Positions 1 to 8,252 of a stretch of DNA of 64,000 bases are shown here, in pieces; positions within the stretch are counted from its first letter, which is position 1, and each line of letters starts with the position of its first letter. A model generated the notes under the pieces. That model made no database searches. It was not told the DNA's origin and was given only the letters and a program-made list of their open reading frames with translations. Both the position numbers and the translations under genes were made by a program. Source of the DNA: Candidatus Eiseniibacteriota bacterium (lineage in GTDB: Bacteria > Eisenbacteria > RBG-16-71-46 > JABDJR01); contig CAVXKA010000001.1 in assembly GCA_963762255.1 (NCBI GenBank), positions 1,322,121 through 1,386,120 of the forward strand. The letters run 5' to 3'.

Positions 1-391
1 CAACACCAGCGGCACCGCGGTGTTCCACATCGCCGGCGGCGGCTGCGTGGTCGAGCCTGCGTACGCCGGCAACCTCTACATTTGCGAAATCAAGGCTGAC
101 GACGTCATCCTCGCGCAGCGGGAAGTGAACTCTCCCGATGTGGTGAACGGCGACGGAGATCTTCCCACCGACGGCACCCCGCCGCTCGGCCCGGTCTGCG
201 ACGGCGGTCTGATGTCGGTCAGCCTGGCTGACGCCGTGTTCCACGCGCCGTTCTTCAAGACCGGCGCCTATAGCAAGTGCTCCGACCTGACCGCCCCCTA
301 CGGCGGCACGATCGAGCTCGGGGACGCGACCGTCGGCACCGCGTACATCAAGGCTGGGACCAGCGCGAGCTGCTTCGCCGGCTGTCCGTGA
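1..391 (+). CDS. hypothetical Cys-rich protein, C-terminal fragment (5' end outside window)
   Basis: ORF is open from base 2 to TGA at 389-391 with coding-like composition. No family is recognisable from this fragment. Confidence 0.35.
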   Translation, partial: NTSGTAVFHIAGGGCVVEPAYAGNLYICEIKADDVILAQREVNSPDVVNGDGDLPTDGTPPLGPVCDGGLMSVSLADAVFHAPFFKTGAYSKCSDLTAPYGGTIELGDATVGTAYIKAGTSASCFAGCP

Positions 392-588
392 CGTTCTCCC
401 AGGATTCCCGGACAGATTACAAGTAGAGCACGGTCGTTCTCCGGCGCCCGAATGGGGTGCGTTGGCAGAGGCCGGTCCTTCACCGGGGGGAAGGAACGTC
501 GCGGAGGCCCGGGATCGGGTATCCTGGGGTCGCCCCCTGCCAACGGCGATCACCGTGGATCCCGGCACCGAGTTCACCTCTATCAAGG

Positions 589-2583
589 ATGCAGATGATG
601 ACTCGGAGTCTATTCGCCAGATGGCGACGACAACACCGCATGAGCATCCGCGTGGCACTTTGGGTCATCGGATCTGCGCTGCTCCTCGGAGGGCTACCAA
701 CTGCGGCGCGGGCCCAGGAGGATGCGTGGCCGGCGGTGAATCCTGCCGATCTCGCGCGCACCGAGGGCGAGATCGAGCCCGGTGCGCAGGCCGAGATCCT
801 CCAGAAGATGGTTCGGATCGACCACCGCACCAGTACGATCGCCATATGGTCGTACCGCTCGTTCTTCATCCGCGTCAAGGTCTACACCCGCGCGGGCGTC
901 GAGGCGTTTGAGTCGATCGAACTGCCGTTCAGCGACGACGTGAAAGTCGAGGCAGTGCAGGCGCGTGTCGTGCACCCCGATCTGACAGCGGTGGACGTCG
1001 CCGCGGACGCGATCTTCGACCGAGAGGTAGTGAGGAAGGGTAGCAGGACCGCGAGTCTCAAGGTCGTAGTGGTCCCGGCGCTTCAACCGGGCGACATCGT
1101 CGACTACCGTTGGCGGGAAATCGACTCGCTGCCGAACGGGGTCTTTGAAATTCTCCCCTTCTATGCCGGGCATCCCATCCGTGATCTCCGATACGAGGTG
1201 AAGGGGATGGCATTTCAGGGGGCGCCCCCCCTCTGGTGGGAGGCGGTGAACATGGAGTCTCCGCCGCGGGAGGTGATCACGGGGGGGGTGACCGTGTTTC
1301 GGGGCTCCCGCCTTGCCGCCGTCCTGGACGAGCCCCTCATGCCTCCGGCGACTTCCCTCGCTCCTTGGCTGTTTGTTTACTATGCAGATCAGCCGGGTCT
1401 GGGAATGGCGAAGCGGTGGGATGACCACGCCCGAGAGCTTTACGACAACTTCGACCGGAAGCTGAATGGCGAGCAATTGGAGGAGACGGCCCGCGAGGTA
1501 GCGGCGGGAGCCACCGATTCGCGGGAGGTTCTGGCCCGACTTCACGCATACTGCCGCCGGCGGATTCGGAATCTGGACGAGGAGTCGGGGAACTCGGACC
1601 CGCCCCTCGGCTGGAAGCTGCGAAAGCCGGCGGAGATCCTGAAAAGCGGCAAAGGGACGAGGCAGGAAATCCGGTTCGTGTTCGCGGAACTGGCCCGTTC
1701 ACTAGGCTTTGAGCCTCATCTGGCCGCGTTGTCGAGCCGGAAGCGGTACCTGCTGGGGCGGGATTTCGGTTGGCCCGGGCTCTTGGAGGGCTTCGCGGTG
1801 GCGGTGTCCCTCCCCGACGGGTGGGTGTTCACCGATCCGGGAAACCCGCTGTTGCCGCCCCTGACTCTCCCTTGGTGGAACGAAGGGGCCGCGGCTCTCG
1901 TGGCCGGATCCGAAGGGGGGAGATTCTTGGAGCCGTCTCAGCGGACGGCGGCCGAGAACCGCGGGGTGAGCCGGTTGGACGTGGAGCTCAAGCCGGACGG
2001 GAGCCTCGCCGGGGTGCTCGTGACGGAGCTTCACGGGCAGATGTCCTTGACCTGGATGCTCGACCATGGCCCCGACCGCGAGAGCGTCGAGAGTGCATTC
2101 GGCGCGCGGATCGAGAAGCTGTCTCCCGGCGTCGTAGTCCGGTCCCTGAGGTGTGAGCCATGGCCCACGGACACGCTCCGGGTTCGCGCGTCCCTGGAAT
2201 GGCCCGCCGGCGCCCGGACGGTTGGGAACACCGTTCTTCTCACGCCATTGCTCGTCAACCAGGATCGCGAAGAACTCTTCCCCGCGGCGGAGCGCAGGTA
2301 TCCGATCGTGTTTCCCTACGCCGTTGACTCGGTTGACAGCGTTTTCATTCGTCTGCCGGACGGGTACGCTCCGGTATCGCCGGATACGACAGAGGCGTTT
2401 GGCTTGGGCCCGGTGGGATCCTACTCGACGCGGATCGTCACGAACGAGGCCGGTTTGCTCGCGGTTCGGGAGTTCACCTTGCGGTCGACGCGATTCGAGA
2501 CTGCCGGGTATCCGGCACTTCGTGACTTCCTCGGGAGGATTCGTGACTTGGACGGCATGCAGGTCGTTCTCCGGCGTCCGTAG
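589..2583 (+). CDS. secreted DUF3857/transglutaminase-like family protein; the catalytic Cys position carries Thr, so predicted inactive paralog
   Basis: Signal-peptide-like N-terminus (MQMMTRSLFARWRRQHRMSIRVALWVIGSALLLGGLPTAARA); an alternative ATG lies at 640. The architecture parallels the downstream paralog, but the motif GKGTRQEIRFVFAELARSLG stands where the paralog has GDCKDKSNLMRALLSSLG. Confidence 0.55.
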   Translation: MQMMTRSLFARWRRQHRMSIRVALWVIGSALLLGGLPTAARAQEDAWPAVNPADLARTEGEIEPGAQAEILQKMVRIDHRTSTIAIWSYRSFFIRVKVYTRAGVEAFESIELPFSDDVKVEAVQARVVHPDLTAVDVAADAIFDREVVRKGSRTASLKVVVVPALQPGDIVDYRWREIDSLPNGVFEILPFYAGHPIRDLRYEVKGMAFQGAPPLWWEAVNMESPPREVITGGVTVFRGSRLAAVLDEPLMPPATSLAPWLFVYYADQPGLGMAKRWDDHARELYDNFDRKLNGEQLEETAREVAAGATDSREVLARLHAYCRRRIRNLDEESGNSDPPLGWKLRKPAEILKSGKGTRQEIRFVFAELARSLGFEPHLAALSSRKRYLLGRDFGWPGLLEGFAVAVSLPDGWVFTDPGNPLLPPLTLPWWNEGAAALVAGSEGGRFLEPSQRTAAENRGVSRLDVELKPDGSLAGVLVTELHGQMSLTWMLDHGPDRESVESAFGARIEKLSPGVVVRSLRCEPWPTDTLRVRASLEWPAGARTVGNTVLLTPLLVNQDREELFPAAERRYPIVFPYAVDSVDSVFIRLPDGYAPVSPDTTEAFGLGPVGSYSTRIVTNEAGLLAVREFTLRSTRFETAGYPALRDFLGRIRDLDGMQVVLRRP

Positions 2584-2587
2584 CGGG

Positions 2588-4485
2588 CTGGGGCCGGCCG
2601 TCGCTCTTCTACTCTTGCTTCCGAGTCCCTTGGCAGCGGCTCCCAGATGGGTGCGCGAGGCGATTTCCATGCCGAGCACCTCCCCCGACTCCGCTGCGGC
2701 GCGGGTCCGGTGGGACTCTCGCGAGCTGGAGTTCCGGGGTGGTGGGCTGTGGCGGGAGTGGCACCGTCGAGTGGTGGAGATCCGGGATCCGGAAACCGCT
2801 CCGGCCGCGGCCAGGGCGATTGTGTCCTACCGCACCGACTCGATGCATCTGCGCGAATTCCGCGCTTGGCTCGTCGGTCCGGACGGACGCGAGACACCGA
2901 TCGGGAACGACGAAGCTATTGAAGTCGCCATCCTGGACGAGACGATATTCAACGAGGGGCGGCGCCGTGTTCTGACGCCCACTGGCGCGGTCCAACCCGG
3001 CTCCTTCTTCGCGTGGGAATCCCGGGTGGAGGAGCGGACTCCGTTCCAGGAGTACGGCGTTGTGGTCAGCGCGGAGTATCCGGTCGAGGAGTGCACGGTC
3101 TCGCTCCGAACTCGAAGGGATGACGTAGTCAGGTACTGGACGCGGGGCGTTGCGCCGGATAGATCGAGCGACGGATCGGGAGAGCATCGGTGGAGCTATA
3201 GACGCTTGCGGGGCGATTCGACCGCGGGGAAGGACGCTGCCCCGGTTACCGAGTTGATGGTGAAAGTGGTGCCCCCCGAGACCGGCCCGGTCCCGGTGCT
3301 GAGTTCCTGGGTGGATGTGGCGCGGTGGCTTGCCGAGATCGCCGAGTCGTCCCCGGTGGATACTGCCGTGATCGCGGGAGCGGCCCGAGAAGCGGTGCGG
3401 GATGCCGTGTCTCTCGACGATTCGCTCCGAGCGCTGGCCGACCTGACGCAGTCCGTGCGCTACGTCTCGATTGCGATGGGAATAGGGAGTGGAGGAGGAT
3501 ACCGGCCCAGGCCAGCCGCGCGAGTGCTTACCACGCGTTACGGCGACTGCAAGGACAAGTCCAACCTCATGCGGGCGCTGCTCTCGAGCCTCGGGATCGA
3601 ATCGCACCTCATGGTACTGAACGCTGAAGCGTCGTGGCCGGTCCCCCTGGAGTGGCCGTCCCCTCTCCACTTCAATCACTGCATTCTCGCCATCTGCGCG
3701 AACGGATTCTCTTATTCCAACGCCGTCGCTACTCACCCCCGCCTGGGACGGTTGTTGCTGTTCGACCCCACCGACGAGTTTCTGGCCCTGGGGTACCTAC
3801 CGGCGGTCGATCAGGGAAGCTGGGGGCTTCTCGTGGGCCCGGACTCCGAGCCGCTCGTTTGGACACCGGTCATCTCCGCGGATGGTGTCCTCGTGGACCG
3901 GCTCGTCCGGATGAACGTGGGCGCCGAAGGAGCGATCCGCGGTCGCCTGATCGAGACCGTGACCGGTATCGTGGAAGCGCGGTACCGTGCGGCGAGCCGT
4001 TCGGACCCCGCAACGCTCAACCGGAACGTGGCGGAAGCTCTGGCGAAGGCGGAGCCGGTTTCCGTCGTCCTCGATGGACGGGGGGAACGCGAATCGAGGC
4101 CGATCTCGCCGCCAGCGGTGGGATCGAGCACCTGCCCGGAGGGCTGCTGCTCGTCACGCCGGCTCGGTTCTTCTCAACCCTCCCCGACCCCGCAGGGATG
4201 GACCAGCGGGCCGCGACCCAGGGAGGGGAGTGGAGGGAACGCCTGGTGCTTCGGTCGGGCCCGGGACTCGCCGTGGATGCAATCCCCGACCCGGTCACCA
4301 TGGAGGGTTCGACCGGGAAATTTGAGCAGATAGCTATTGCAGGAGGAGATTCCGTGGTCGTCGAGCGTATATTCCGCGTGGAAACGGTGGCCGGGCCGAA
4401 TCGCCCGGACCCGGAGGAATTGGTGCGGCTTGGTGAGGCGATCCATGAGGCCGCCCGAGCAGGCATTCTGCTTCGCAGGAACTGA
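2588..4485 (+). CDS. secreted DUF3857 + transglutaminase-like (Cys-protease fold) protein; frameshifted in a G6 run at 4080-4085; start uncertain
   Basis: Hydrophobic leader GLGPAVALLLLLPSPLAAA, then the transglutaminase-core motif YGDCKDKSNLMRALLSSLGIESHLMVLNA. The C-terminal 130 aa (GGTRIEADLAASGGIEHLPGGLLLVTPARFF...) are read in a different frame after the G-run. No ATG/GTG/TTG precedes the leader in this frame; CTG 2588 is the only candidate. ATG 2557 sits one base out of frame. Confidence 0.55.
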
Positions 4486-4558
4486 GTCGGCTCGCATTGG
4501 CACAGTGAACCTGTGCTGGAGTTGGCCCTTCTGGGTCCACCTCCCCAACGCCGCTCCA

Positions 4559-4650
4559 GCAAACTCTTTGCTATCAATAGGTTTAAGGCGCGCTTCCCCG
4601 GGGTGGAGTCCTGCGACTCTCACGGGTCACAAGTGTGCCTACTCGAAACA
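4559..4650 (+). repeat. copy A of a conserved ~90-nt intergenic element (core ATCAATAGGTTT...GGAGTCCTGCGACTC...CACGG)
   Basis: Copies at 4559, 6111 and 7111 align at roughly 80% nucleotide identity in the same orientation. Copy A lies in the convergent gap between 4485 and 4655. Confidence 0.7.
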
Positions 4651-4654
4651 CCCG

Positions 4655-5932
4655 TCATTCGCTTGCCGACCGCACCGAGGTGGCGCGTCCTACCGAGCCA
4701 TAGATGCACTTGTCTCCGGTCGCAGGATAGCCGAAGCGTATGTCAGGCCGGAAAGGCTCCGGGAAGCAGGGGTGACCTTCGATGCTCCAGCCGGAATAGA
4801 ACAGCACGAGTTCGCTGTCCTCCACGACGACGGTCGGTGCCATCATGCCCCACTTGTCAAAACTCGCCTCCGGACTCAGGAGGACATCCGGGCCCGACCA
4901 ATCGACGCCATTGGCCGACCAGAACAAGTTGATCTTCTCGTTCTGGTGGAATTCCCCGCCCTCCTTCTCCAGCGTGGTGGAGAAGACATGGTACGCGCCA
5001 TCGAAGTACTTGACTTCCGTGATGTTGGCATCGGGAAGGATGTAGCCGCCTGACTTCGCTACGACCTGGAGATCCGGGCGGAACACCGCCTTGGCCATTC
5101 CGACCGATTGAATCGACTGTCCGGGTGCATCCGCGCTCTGATCGGGAAGTGCGAAGGCGACGCCGACGTAGAACAACTCCAACAGTCCGTCTCTGATGAC
5201 CACGCTCGGTTCCTGCGTGTTGTTGTCGAAAGATGTCACAGTGAGGTTGTACGAGATCAAAGGCTCCGCCCGCCCCGTGAAGACAGCCCCGTCCGTCAGC
5301 AGCCGCTCACGGATCGACTTGCCCTTCAGGTCCAGCGTGGCGACACCAATCTGATACCGATGTGGAAGAGGCTGGCCCTGGTACTCGCCCCATGCTGAGT
5401 AGAAGAGATACAGCGTGTCGCCAAGGACCGCGACGTGTGCGGTCTCAACGTCTCCCCGATTCCATGGCTCAGAACCCCGCAGCAGTACAGGGCTGCCTCG
5501 GAACTCCCAGTTGTATCCGCCGTCGGACGAGAAGGCGTAGCCGATGCCGGCAGGCGCATCGATGATGTTGCAGGCGGCTAGATTCCCGGCGTCCCAGGAG
5601 TAGTAGTAATTCCCATTGGCCTTGCAGAAATACGTGGTGTAGAAGAGGTGGTAGCCTTCCGCGTCCTTCACCACGGCCGGGTCAGCGGGGAAGATGGGCC
5701 ACCCTGCCGTGCCTGAACTCACGACGGGCCGATCGGCGGGGTCCCTCCCGAATGTGAAATGCGGTCCCTGCGGATTCCCGTCCGGAGGTCCAATCTTCTT
5801 GTCCCGAGCGCATGCCGGTGCGCAGGGGACCAGGAGCACCAGAGCGACCAGGGCCAGGAGCCTCCGCACGATCACCGAGGGCTTCCTCGGGTGGCGGCAA
5901 GGCAGGGGGCGATCGACCTTCCGACCAGTCAT
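4655..5932 (-). CDS. secreted glycoside-hydrolase-like five-bladed beta-propeller protein (GH43/GH32-clan-like; family uncertain)
   Basis: 425-aa ORF with N-terminal signal peptide (MTGRKVDRPLPCRHPRKPSVIVRRLLALVALVLLVPCAPACA). Repeated aromatic/Asp-rich blade-like segments are typical of beta-propeller glycosidases. Start chosen at the internal Met preceding the hydrophobic segment. Confidence 0.45.
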   Translation of the reverse strand: MTGRKVDRPLPCRHPRKPSVIVRRLLALVALVLLVPCAPACARDKKIGPPDGNPQGPHFTFGRDPADRPVVSSGTAGWPIFPADPAVVKDAEGYHLFYTTYFCKANGNYYYSWDAGNLAACNIIDAPAGIGYAFSSDGGYNWEFRGSPVLLRGSEPWNRGDVETAHVAVLGDTLYLFYSAWGEYQGQPLPHRYQIGVATLDLKGKSIRERLLTDGAVFTGRAEPLISYNLTVTSFDNNTQEPSVVIRDGLLELFYVGVAFALPDQSADAPGQSIQSVGMAKAVFRPDLQVVAKSGGYILPDANITEVKYFDGAYHVFSTTLEKEGGEFHQNEKINLFWSANGVDWSGPDVLLSPEASFDKWGMMAPTVVVEDSELVLFYSGWSIEGHPCFPEPFRPDIRFGYPATGDKCIYGSVGRATSVRSASE

Positions 5933-6110
5933 TGTCCAGACCTCCGCGGTTTCGAGAGGTGCCACAAGCCGCCGAAGAGCTCAAGGTGTTCGCTCCGGGG
6001 CTCGTTGATTTGACCCCTTGGGAGGACTCCAGGTTGCGCGTCAGTCCATGGGTAGGTGGAGCTGATCCCAGACGCTCGGCTCGCCGGCCCAACCCTGAAC
6101 GATTGCCCCC

Positions 6111-6203
6111 GCTAACCTTTTGCCATCAATAGGTTTGAGGCGTGTTTCCCCGGCCTCGAGTCCTGCGCTTCCCACGGGTGACAATGGTGCCAACTCGAAA
6201 ACG
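6111..6203 (+). repeat. copy B of the conserved ~90-nt intergenic element
   Basis: Aligns with copies A and C. Lies in the divergent gap between the GH-like gene start (5932, minus strand) and the secreted-protein gene (6421, plus strand). Confidence 0.7.
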
Positions 6204-6420
6204 CGGCCTCTCCGCTTCGGATCTCTCAACTGTAGGACGAAGCCGCCAAGCGTGGCGCTGCATCATCGTTTGGGGAGGCAGTCCAGATTGGGTCTCATCG
6301 AGGGACCCAGCGGCGGCACTCTCCAACCACCCGGCGGCGACTTCAAAGCAATTGCAGATCGGGTGAATCGTCCACTAGCCTTGTGCCACCGCGTGCCGCC
6401 AACTACACAGGGAGGGGTGG

Positions 6421-7059
6421 GTGATGGAATCGCATGCATCCGTGGTTGTCTTCCTTCTGGTGGTCGTCCTCTGTATGGTCGGCATCTCGGGCGCATCGGC
6501 CGCCGTGTTCACGATCCCCCCGGTCGCCGACGCCACCATTCAGCAACATGCTGGAGTGGACACGCTCGTTCAGACCGACGATGTCTTTCTCCAGGCATTG
6601 GGAGTCGGGTCGTTCGACTGGCGAGCAGCCCTGGAGTTCCCGCTGGACGCGATCCCGACGGGTAGCACGATCACGTCGGCCGGGCTCAGGCTTCGCGTGG
6701 CGATGAGCATGGGGGACCCGGGAAACATCGCGAACTTTGAGCTGCACGGCTACCCGGGGGACGGCCTCATCACGGTGGGCGATGCCCAGAACGACACTCA
6801 CTTCCTGCACGCCTTCTCGGATACCATAGTCTCCTTCACGGATCGCACCATTGATGTGACCACATTCATCCAGGAGCGCATCACATCCGGAGGGTCCTAC
6901 GTCGGATTCCTGGTCAAGACGGTTCCCGGCAGCATGGGAGGGGACGGCTTCGCCAGCATGGAGCATGAGAACGCGGACTGGCGCCCATACCTTCAGGTGG
7001 TGACCACCGCCGTGGCGGTCGACAAGTCGACTTGGGGGCGGCTCAAGACGCTCTATTAG
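6421..7059 (+). CDS. hypothetical secreted protein
   Basis: Signal peptide MMESHASVVVFLLVVVLCMVGISGASAA. RBS AGGGAGGGG at 6409-6417. No recognisable catalytic motif. Flanked by element copies B and C. Confidence 0.6.
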   Translation: MMESHASVVVFLLVVVLCMVGISGASAAVFTIPPVADATIQQHAGVDTLVQTDDVFLQALGVGSFDWRAALEFPLDAIPTGSTITSAGLRLRVAMSMGDPGNIANFELHGYPGDGLITVGDAQNDTHFLHAFSDTIVSFTDRTIDVTTFIQERITSGGSYVGFLVKTVPGSMGGDGFASMEHENADWRPYLQVVTTAVAVDKSTWGRLKTLY

Positions 7060-7110
7060 CCGTTGAGCGGGGTCCCGGATTCCCACGGGGGCTGGCCCGG
7101 AGGTGGGTCC

Positions 7111-7197
7111 GCAAGCCTTCTGCTATCAATGATTTTGGGGCGCGTCCCAATGGGGTGGAGTCCTGCGACTCCCACGGTCAACCTTCGTGCCCCTTTC
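7111..7197 (+). repeat. copy C of the conserved ~90-nt intergenic element
   Basis: Aligns with copies A and B (GGGGTGGAGTCCTGCGACTCCCACGG identical to A apart from one base). Lies between the 7059 stop and the 7320 ABC ATPase start. Confidence 0.7.
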
Positions 7198-7319
7198 GGC
7201 GCTGGCCGCCCATCGCAACCTGATCTCGCGCTCTGCACTCCAAGACACTGGGGCCGCCGCAACCCTTCGGCCCTTCGTGGCGTAAGCTCCAGGGTCCCAC
7301 CACCTCAGGAGGAGGCCGC

Positions 7320-8252
7320 ATGCTGATCATCCGTGACCTCGTGAAGGTCTACCCCGGTCCCGTCGTCGCCCTTCAGGATGTGAACCTCGAGATCCCGCCG
7401 GGCATGTTCGGGCTGCTCGGACCGAACGGCGCCGGCAAGACCACGCTCATGCGCATCCTCGCCGGGCTCCTTGAGCCCACTTCCGGCGACGTGACCCTCG
7501 ACGGCGAGAACATCCTCACCAAGCCTGAACGACTGTGGGCGCGACTCGGCTACCTCCCGCAGGATTTCGGCTTCTACCCGCATCTCTCCGGCGAAGCCAT
7601 GCTGACCTACCTGCTCGATCTCAAGGGCGTAGAAGCGCCGGGTGGGACGAAGGCGCTCGCGAAGCGGCTCCTCGAGCGCGTGAACCTCGCCTTCGCGGCC
7701 AAGCGCAAGGTGAAGTCGTACTCGGGCGGCATGCGACAGCGGCTCGGCATCGCCCAGGCCATCGCCGGCGACCCGCGCCTCATCATCGTCGACGAGCCGA
7801 CCGCGGGCCTCGACCCCGAAGAGCGCCATCGCTTCTATCGGATCCTGGCCGAGCTGGCCGAGCATCGCACCGTGCTTCTCTCCACCCACATCGTCGAGGA
7901 CGTGGCCGTCCTCTGCCCCCGATTCGCGGTGATCCGACAGGGGCGCTTGATCGCGCGCACGTCGCCCACCGAGGCGCGGGCCGCTATCGATGGGAAGATC
8001 TTCGAGGGGCGCATAGATCCTTCCGACATGGATCGCGTGAGCCGCGAGCACACCGTGACCCAGGCGGTGCTGGTCGAGGGGAAGAACCGTGTGCGTATCC
8101 ACTCCGCGAGCGGCGCGGCGCCCGCCGGTTTCGAGCCGGTGACGGCCACGCTCGAGGACGCCTACCTCGTGCTCATGCGCACCGAGGCCGCCGAGCAGTC
8201 CCGCCTCGACGCGGCGGCCTCCCGCCCGGTGGGCGCCGGTATCGCGCGATGA
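7320..8252 (+). CDS. ABC transporter ATP-binding protein (ABC-2/NosF-like)
   Basis: Walker A GPNGAGKT, signature YSGGMRQRLGIA, Walker B LIIVDEPTAGLD. ATGA overlap with the downstream permease gene. Confidence 0.9.
   Translation: MLIIRDLVKVYPGPVVALQDVNLEIPPGMFGLLGPNGAGKTTLMRILAGLLEPTSGDVTLDGENILTKPERLWARLGYLPQDFGFYPHLSGEAMLTYLLDLKGVEAPGGTKALAKRLLERVNLAFAAKRKVKSYSGGMRQRLGIAQAIAGDPRLIIVDEPTAGLDPEERHRFYRILAELAEHRTVLLSTHIVEDVAVLCPRFAVIRQGRLIARTSPTEARAAIDGKIFEGRIDPSDMDRVSREHTVTQAVLVEGKNRVRIHSASGAAPAGFEPVTATLEDAYLVLMRTEAAEQSRLDAAASRPVGAGIAR

Noticed and set aside
4513-4932. Small ORFs translating through the repeat elements (4513-4932 plus, 7032-7223 plus, 6041-6229 minus, 7056-7262 minus)
   Set aside because: The conservation is at the nucleotide level across different frames, and one of them runs antisense into the GH-like gene. 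No RBS or start context is evident, so they are more likely non-coding.
4559-7197. Integron attC sites or DGR template/variable repeats as an explanation for the three ~90-nt elements
   Set aside because: No RYYYAAC / GTTRRRY core sites or terminal inverted repeats were found. Inter-copy substitutions are not adenine-specific. No integrase or reverse transcriptase gene is in the window.
7535-8248. N-terminal 238-aa extension of the 1,468-aa ORF 7535-11941
   Set aside because: The extension is Arg/Pro-rich and fully overlaps the ABC ATPase gene in another frame. A proper ATG at 8249 overlaps the ATPase stop (ATGA) and begins the hydrophobic permease.
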